A DNA stretch of 64,000 nt from Phycisphaerae bacterium (GTDB taxonomy: Bacteria; Planctomycetota; Phycisphaerae; UBA1845): positions 1,824,001 through 1,888,000 of the forward strand of contig CAXXGO010000001.1 in NCBI GenBank assembly GCA_963666835.2, in the 5' to 3' direction. Below the pieces are notes generated by a model that saw only the letters and a list, made by a program, of their open reading frames with translations, did no database searches and was not told where the DNA came from. Shown one piece after another: positions 58,901 to 64,000 of the stretch (position 1 is its first letter; every line of letters begins with the position of its first letter). Made by a program: the position numbers and the translations under genes.

Positions 58901-59519
58901 AACCGTCCACCCAGACTTGCGAATCCTGCAGCCGGCCGGCGCGGGGCAGGTGCTCCCGGGCCACTTCGAGTTGCTGGGACGGATCCAGACGACTGTCCCC
59001 GAGGTACTTCAGATACGCCGCGTAGATCAACCGGAGATCGTGCAGCTTGGCCGCCTGCGCGTTGTTCGTTCCTTCGACGGAGCTTGCCGGGACCGCCAGT
59101 TGCTCCGGCTCGATTGCCTCCTGGATAAGTTCGGCTATCGTCACCCCAAGCTGACCGATCAGCCCGCCGAACCTCTCCACCCGCCGGTAGTATTTAAGAC
59201 GCCCGGCCAGCCCGGCCGCCAAGTGGTGCAGGACCATCACGCGGGCCGATTCGGAAAGGGCCTGCCGTGGGGGGGCACCGGCCGCCTCCAGGATCTTCAA
59301 GGACAAGCGGCGGAACGAGAGCACCTCCGCGCGGTGGGCCGCGGCGATGTCCGGCGTCTGCAGGATCGCCCGTTCCATCTGCAACGCGGCCTGCTCGGGG
59401 ACCAGCAGGACCAGTCGGGGACCGTTGATCGGGTCTTCCCGCAACCGCTGCCGGATCCGCTCGAGACAGTGATGCGTCTTCCCCGTGCCTGCCCGACCGA
59501 TAATGAACCGCACTGCCAT
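55989..59519 (-). CDS. addB: ATP-dependent helicase/nuclease subunit B (AddB/RexB)
   Basis: GRAGTGKT, LLVPEQ, VDGF, SVSQLETYATCPFQYF; nuclease motif GYIDRVD..VIDYK; C-terminal Fe-S ligands CSWCxxxxxC. Confidence 0.93.
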   Translation of the reverse strand: MAVRFIIGRAGTGKTHHCLERIRQRLREDPINGPRLVLLVPEQAALQMERAILQTPDIAAAHRAEVLSFRRLSLKILEAAGAPPRQALSESARVMVLHHLAAGLAGRLKYYRRVERFGGLIGQLGVTIAELIQEAIEPEQLAVPASSVEGTNNAQAAKLHDLRLIYAAYLKYLGDSRLDPSQQLEVAREHLPRAGRLQDSQVWVDGFASFSGQEMRTLVALAAYCRDIDITLLADRASLSATRAPGSAGQPGALFRKTGRTYRDLHRTLTAAGVQVEEPRILEPPAPPRFTASKGLARLEDYLAGARPAHPAGPADGVELVELPNQRAEANYAVARVHDWVRRGKMRYRDVAVIVRDLGNYHDLLREAFESRNIPCFVDQRRPIAHHPLVELLRAAGAMAEHDLSLDSVRIALKTSLVDLAPDAADELENYLVAHGIEGLEAWRGDWTFLTRSSFTAEDKKEELSETETAYLQRVNETRRKLLQSLNPWLDFASRPEKHDGPAWANAIRSWLDRLNVAGLLKEWAELAESDGDVDQANEHEQVLRDVASFLDDLAFAFSETLLSTQELARVLDTGLAGLTLGLAPPMIDQVLIGSIERSRHPEIRAALIIGFNDGVFPRSATEGPILNDDDRTLLRGNGVRVTGPTRERLLDETLLAYVAVTRAAETCVLTYSTTDSDGKELRPSPYVATLREALPGLSSKAVSTGDQSREMWDILTMRDLAGRLVSEFRSRPSRDMDAPDTRTRWNGLYDRVRGRISEEPGFCRALSSLGQPSGAALSPRSIERLLAGPFRTSVSQLETYATCPFQYFAKYMLRLRERAEAVLAPVDVGQVHHAILEDLVRNLTGRHQALGGLSEEELLSNLTESCHRVALRLPDRGVLSNARQTYELRRSAARIGRILRAQRDISRAGVSKPRSAELPFGVEAPGSLPAVELSTPAGRRVFLRGYIDRVDLAEVGDELLGVVIDYKRTVDKRLKLAEVYHGLSLQLPAYLLALAERGETLAGRPIRPIAALYVSLTPTYDVVDGPESTDSPDALLSGVARPRGLVNIDGLSALDSSAGTGRSEFFSVYVKKDGSLGHVDSGDGADAESFQAVLDHTRLKLGELADGILDGCITVKPYRLGTFSPCSWCTMSGVCHFEMGLSDVRFLESLKRSEIFRILTREPGKTKKKPNGNPA

Positions 59520-59786
59520 GACCGACGGTTGATATCACACGGAAAGCTGCTGGTCAATCAGGATCCCGATCCGACATCCGCCTGATCGGGTTTCAAGCGG
59601 TCCTTGCTGAAGCCCACTGACGATACAAAGCACCCCGCGATCACATCTCTCGCCGCAGGTGTCGACCGGTGAAGATGGGCTCATGAGACGAAGGAAGCGA
59701 CCCGGTCAGGCGTTTGCAAAGCGTTCGGCGAGCGTATAAAAGCTGTGCTCTTGACGCACAATCGGACAAGGTAGCGGGAGACTCGC

Positions 59787-61337
59787 ATGGAGAAGATCGC
59801 GGGGAAGAAGTCGTTCGGGCAGCAGGTGGCCAGTCTGCCCGCCAACTTCTGGTATGCGAACCTGATGGAGACGTTCGAGCGCCTCGCGTTCTACGCGGTG
59901 CGGGCAATTACACCGTTGTACCTTGTGGCCTCAGCGGGCCAGGGCGGCCTCGGGCTCGATTACGAACAGAAGGCGATCATCTACGGCGTTTGGGCGCTTC
60001 TGCAGTGTATCATTCCGATGGTCTCCGGGGGGTACACTGAGCGGTACGGGTATCGAAGTAGCTTGGCCGTCGCGTTCATTATCAACACTCTGGGCTACCT
60101 GTGCATGGCCCAGTCCAAGCCCATTGCTGATTCTCTCATTGGACGCGGGTGGGAAGGGGCCAACTTCTGGGTTTTCATGGCGGCCGCTTGTCTGATTGCC
60201 ACGGGTACGGCGATCTTCAAACCGCCGGTCCACGGGACCATCGCCAAGACTACCGACGAAGAGACCTCGTCATTGGGTTGGGGGATCTTCTATGAAGTGG
60301 TCAATATCGGCGGGGCTTTCGGGCCGATTGCGGCGGCGATGCTCCGCGTGGAGATCGACTGGGACAACGTGTTCTACTTCGCGGCGATTGTGACTGCCGC
60401 CAATTTCCTTCCGGCCTTTCTCCTTTACAGGGAGCCGGCGAAGACGCCCCCCGAGGAGGGCTCGCTCGAGCAGGCGGGGCCCTTCGGCGTATTCGTCTCG
60501 TCGATCGCAACGATTGCCCAGGACCTCCGTCTGGTCGTCTTTCTTGGGATATTCTCATGCTTCTGGCTGATGTTCATGCAGCTTTGGGACCTGTTGCCGA
60601 ACTTCATCGACGAGTGGGTGGATACGTCGGCGGTTGCGTCCTACTTCTCTTGGTTCAGCGACGGATGGGTGCTGGCCAGCGGGCAGGTGAAGCCCGAGAT
60701 GATCATCAACATCGACGCGATCTCGATCATCATCCTAGTCATTCCGATTTCCTGGCTGATCGGCCGAATCAACAAGGTTGCGGCGATGATCATCGGCATG
60801 TTGATATCGCTGGTCGGCTTCGTTGGAGCTGGGGCGACGAGCGTCGGATTGTTCTGCTGCCTGATGGTCTTCGTCTTTTCCATCGGCGAGATGGTATGTA
60901 GTCCAACGTTCAGTGCGTACGTCGGCTTGATAGCGCCAAAGGACAAGAAGGCGCTCTATATGGGCTACTCCAACATCCCGTACGCAATCGGCTGGACCGT
61001 CGGCGGAATACTTGGTGGATACATCTACGAGGAGATTGGCAACAAGACGAGGTTGGCCAGGCAGTACATGGTTGACCACTTGCAGATGGACCCGGCCGTC
61101 GTGCTTGACGAAGCGCAACTTCCTAAAGAGCAGGTCATGGAGACGATGGCCCAGGCGATGAATGGCGGCGCCGGCGTGACGGTAAATGAAGCGACGAAGG
61201 TGCTCTGGGATCTGCATAATCCGCAAATGGTCTGGTATTACCTCGGTGCCGTTGGATTAGCCGGGACGATTGGGATGATCCTGTTCTACTTCGTAACGGC
61301 GCGCGGGCGGGCGAGGGGATTGGAACCTGAGGAATAG
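59787..61337 (+). CDS. POT/PTR-like MFS transporter
   Basis: ETFERLAFY (ExxER motif), AIFKP, FYEVVNIG and SIGEM motifs; about 12 TM helices. Confidence 0.85.
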   Translation: MEKIAGKKSFGQQVASLPANFWYANLMETFERLAFYAVRAITPLYLVASAGQGGLGLDYEQKAIIYGVWALLQCIIPMVSGGYTERYGYRSSLAVAFIINTLGYLCMAQSKPIADSLIGRGWEGANFWVFMAAACLIATGTAIFKPPVHGTIAKTTDEETSSLGWGIFYEVVNIGGAFGPIAAAMLRVEIDWDNVFYFAAIVTAANFLPAFLLYREPAKTPPEEGSLEQAGPFGVFVSSIATIAQDLRLVVFLGIFSCFWLMFMQLWDLLPNFIDEWVDTSAVASYFSWFSDGWVLASGQVKPEMIINIDAISIIILVIPISWLIGRINKVAAMIIGMLISLVGFVGAGATSVGLFCCLMVFVFSIGEMVCSPTFSAYVGLIAPKDKKALYMGYSNIPYAIGWTVGGILGGYIYEEIGNKTRLARQYMVDHLQMDPAVVLDEAQLPKEQVMETMAQAMNGGAGVTVNEATKVLWDLHNPQMVWYYLGAVGLAGTIGMILFYFVTARGRARGLEPEE

Positions 61338-61490
61338 AGTCTGCGCGGCGGCAAAGCGTTGGAGTGGTATCTCGCGCGCAGCCGGTATCTGCTGAAGCTA
61401 CGACCGCGACGGATGAGTGCGAGACGACGGTGAGAGGACCCGATGCGGGCACGCCGCACTTGGCGTGACCGCCTGATGGAGATTCGACCT

Positions 61491-63497
61491 GTGGCGAGTT
61501 TACCAAACGATGAGCTGTTGAGTCCGGGGCTGGGCGACTTTGGCCGAAACGGGCGGTCCGGGGAGATTCTCGGGCATCCGACGTGCCTCTTTACGCTGTT
61601 CTTTGCCGAGATGTGGGAGCGGTTCAGCTTCTACGGCATGAAGGCACTGCTCATCTTGTATATGGTCAATTACTTGTTCTGGCGGCAGGCGGACGCGTCG
61701 CACGTTTTCGCCTGGTACGCCGGTTTGGTCTACGCCACACCCGTGCTCGGCGGCATGATCGCCGACCGGTGGCTCGGCGCTCGGTGGTCCGTCGTGATCG
61801 GCGGAGTGATCATCGCCATCGGGCACTTCCTTCTGGCGTTCGAGCCGATGCCGTTCTTCTATTCCGGGCTCGGTTGCCTGATCGTTGGAACGGGGTTTCT
61901 CAAGCCTAACATCTCTACGCAAGTCGGGGCGCTCTATCGCCAGAGTGACGAACGTCGCGATAGCGCGTTTACGATTTTCTACATGGGCATCAACTTAGGG
62001 GCGCTGGCCGGCCCGATTGTCTGCGGCTGGCTCCAACTCTCTTACGGATATCATTACGGCTTCGCGGCCGCCGGCGTAGGCATGGTGGCCGGGCTGATAG
62101 TCTATATCGCCGGGATGGGTTCGGTCGTCCGCCGGTCGGATCAGATTGTCGCCGAGGACGAGGCTGGCGAGTCGGATCCCCAAGAGCCTGCGGCGCCGGC
62201 CGTGTCGCACAAGGTCGTCGTTGATCGTTGCGTCGTTCTGGTGGTTATCTGCGTGTTCGCAATCCTGTTCTGGGTTGGCTTCGAGCAGGCCGCCAACGTC
62301 ATGAACCTCTGGGCGGACCAGCACACGAACATGCACATCTTCCACGGCGAAGCACCGGCCACGGTCGTGCCGGACGCCAATGCGGCCGTCAGCGATCTGG
62401 CCGTCGGTCCGACAACGCCCACGGGCGATACGTGGAAGGACTGGCGGATGGGCGCCGCGATGACACAGTCGATCAATCCGCTGTTCATCGTTACGCTGGC
62501 GGCGGTTTTCGCCTGGTTCTGGCAATACCTCGAGCGACGTAAGTGCCAGCCGTCTACGCCGTTCAAAATGGCGTTCGGTTTCTTCTTCTTGTCGGTGGCG
62601 TATGGGATTCTGCTGCTGGCCGTACAGGCGGAAGGTCGCGGGACCAGCGCGCCGCTGGCGGTGATGCCGGCCGGGATAAGCGTCGACGAGGACGGAACGG
62701 TCCACAGCATGATCCCGACCGCCGGCGGTGGGTTGGAGCGCGAGGATTACGGCGCGACTCGCCTGAAGTGGGCGGATGGTACGTTGAAGATGAACGGCGT
62801 GCTCAGTGATCTCGATTGGATGCGGGCGTTGGGGCAGTCGGCGACGGCCATCCATAAGGACACGATCGACGAGCTCGCCAAGCTGGCCGAGGAGCGCCTT
62901 GAAGAAGTCAAGGCCGCCAAACGCGCCGGGGAGATGGCCCGCGACGCTACGTGGGAGGTGCAGATTACCGTCCCGGACGAAGCGGGTGAGATTCGCCCGA
63001 CGACGGGCCTGCCGAAGCACGTGTTCGGTCGCGAGGAGAAGTACGTGGTCGATTGGGATCCCGACACGCGGGTGCTGACGGTGACTGATACGTTGACGGA
63101 CCGGGACAAGGCCCAGTTGCTCGCGGCCGGTGCCGATCCGCACTTCCGCGACGCCTTAACCAAGATCTTCGAAGAGTCGTCGGTTCTCAAGGTCTCGATC
63201 ATCTGGCTGTTGGCGTTCTACATGGTGCTGACCATTGGTGAGCTTTGTCTGTCGCCGGTCGGACTTTCGCTGGTGACCAAGGCCGCGCCGCCCAAGTATG
63301 TAGGTCTGTTCATGGGTCTGTGGTTCTTCACTACCGGTTTCATCGCCAACTACGCCGCCCATACCGTCGGCGGCATGTGGGGCACGATGACCCCGAGCGC
63401 CTACTTCATGATCTTTGGAATCGTCGGGATCTTCGCCACAGTGCTGATGCTGCTGCTCCTTCGCGTCCTCAAGCCGATGCTGCACGGCGTGCATTGA
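61491..63497 (+). CDS. Proton-dependent oligopeptide transporter (POT/DtpT family) with a large insert between helices 9 and 10
   Basis: GHP..LF.LFFAEMWERFSFYGMK, GFLKPNIS, FYMGINLG, QSINP and GELCLSPVGLS motifs; GTG 61491 after GGAG (ATG 61443 is an alternative start). Confidence 0.92.
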   Translation: MASLPNDELLSPGLGDFGRNGRSGEILGHPTCLFTLFFAEMWERFSFYGMKALLILYMVNYLFWRQADASHVFAWYAGLVYATPVLGGMIADRWLGARWSVVIGGVIIAIGHFLLAFEPMPFFYSGLGCLIVGTGFLKPNISTQVGALYRQSDERRDSAFTIFYMGINLGALAGPIVCGWLQLSYGYHYGFAAAGVGMVAGLIVYIAGMGSVVRRSDQIVAEDEAGESDPQEPAAPAVSHKVVVDRCVVLVVICVFAILFWVGFEQAANVMNLWADQHTNMHIFHGEAPATVVPDANAAVSDLAVGPTTPTGDTWKDWRMGAAMTQSINPLFIVTLAAVFAWFWQYLERRKCQPSTPFKMAFGFFFLSVAYGILLLAVQAEGRGTSAPLAVMPAGISVDEDGTVHSMIPTAGGGLEREDYGATRLKWADGTLKMNGVLSDLDWMRALGQSATAIHKDTIDELAKLAEERLEEVKAAKRAGEMARDATWEVQITVPDEAGEIRPTTGLPKHVFGREEKYVVDWDPDTRVLTVTDTLTDRDKAQLLAAGADPHFRDALTKIFEESSVLKVSIIWLLAFYMVLTIGELCLSPVGLSLVTKAAPPKYVGLFMGLWFFTTGFIANYAAHTVGGMWGTMTPSAYFMIFGIVGIFATVLMLLLLRVLKPMLHGVH

Positions 63498-63541
63498 CGG
63501 CGCCGGCCTGTTGAAGCAGGGCGGAACTGCGGTGTGCGACG

Positions 63542-63665
63542 AGTTCCGTAGGGCAGGTCGAGGTACGAGACCTGCCGCGAAGGGTGTGGTATGCAATCAG
63601 TACCGCAAGCGTCAGCGACCGGCCGTCATCAGTTCCGTAGGGCAGGTCGAGGTACGAGACCTGCC
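63542..63665 (+). repeat. Two identical 35-bp GTAG-family REP-like elements (63542-63576 and 63631-63665)
   Basis: AGTTCC-GTAG-GGCAGGTC-GAGGTACGA-GACCTGCC: a GTAG foot followed by an 8-bp stem; 54 bp of unique sequence between the copies. Confidence 0.85.
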
Positions 63666-63731
63666 ACGATGGGGCATGTCATACAAAGGCGTGAGAGACG
63701 CGGCATTTGAGAAGTAGGTGGGTGTAGACCC

Positions 63732-64000
63732 ATGCTCAGAATCACCGATATGTGCGAACAGTGCGACGTGTTGATCGAGCACAGCTTCCACCTTTGGCTT
63801 ACGATTAGATACGAAGAGCCGGGTTGTTCAGATGCGGTCTATTGGGTGGCCGGTGACAGACACCGGACATTGCTCGAGGTAGTGATCGACGCTTCGTCAA
63901 GACGCATTAATAGGATTGTTTTGGTGTTGGTGGAGGATGTGCGCCCGTTGGCGGATGGCGAGTGGCTCACTGCGACTCGGCATGGCCCCCCGGCATGTCC
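63732..64000 (+). CDS. Hypothetical protein, runs off the end of the window
   Basis: ATG 63732 after AGGTG; open to the window end (MLRITDMCEQCDVLIEH...YWVAGDRHRTLLEVVID...). Confidence 0.5.
   Translation, partial: MLRITDMCEQCDVLIEHSFHLWLTIRYEEPGCSDAVYWVAGDRHRTLLEVVIDASSRRINRIVLVLVEDVRPLADGEWLTATRHGPPAC

Noticed and set aside
63542..63665. Possible CRISPR array (35-bp repeat)
   Set aside because: Only two units, a 54-bp spacer, no cas genes, and a GTAG-plus-hairpin structure typical of REPs.

Overview
A GC-rich chromosomal window with no integrase, transposase, phage or cas genes. Its protein signatures (pilin-like N-methylation plus H-X9-DG protein, dockerin-like DxDxDGDVDxxDF pairs, DCNxNGxPDxCD repeats) suggest a Planctomycetota genome, probably Phycisphaerae; this is an inference. 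The left half holds two tandem giant secreted S8 proteases with Cys-rich repeats, tRNA-Ile2(CAU), a radical SAM gene, a 16-heme cytochrome c (two tandem octaheme modules) with an N-terminal dockerin-like domain, an Xaa-Pro aminopeptidase, an MFS-acyltransferase fusion and pgi. These are followed by a DUF2252 gene divergent from a pilin-like/lamin-tail/IPTL-CTERM surface-protein operon that sits behind a phased operator array. The right half holds an Ntn hydrolase, dxr-rseP, a Nudix-rhomboid-M50 operon, a six-gene Fe-S/radical SAM/DUF116-polyprenyl synthase/two cyclase-fold terpenoid operon, an OPT transporter, ftsK, a YHS protein, a hydrolase, addB and two POT-type transporters. The best candidate for an undescribed system is the terpenoid operon (40871-47958), which has a divergent squalene-hopene-cyclase-like enzyme and an Fe-S electron chain but no squalene synthase. 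Next are the dockerin-bearing double-octaheme cytochrome and a bacterial POT transporter with a large insert where mammalian PepT1/2 carry their extracellular domain. Two single-base frameshifts at short homopolymers look like sequencing errors. All calls come from reading motifs by eye; no database searches were run.
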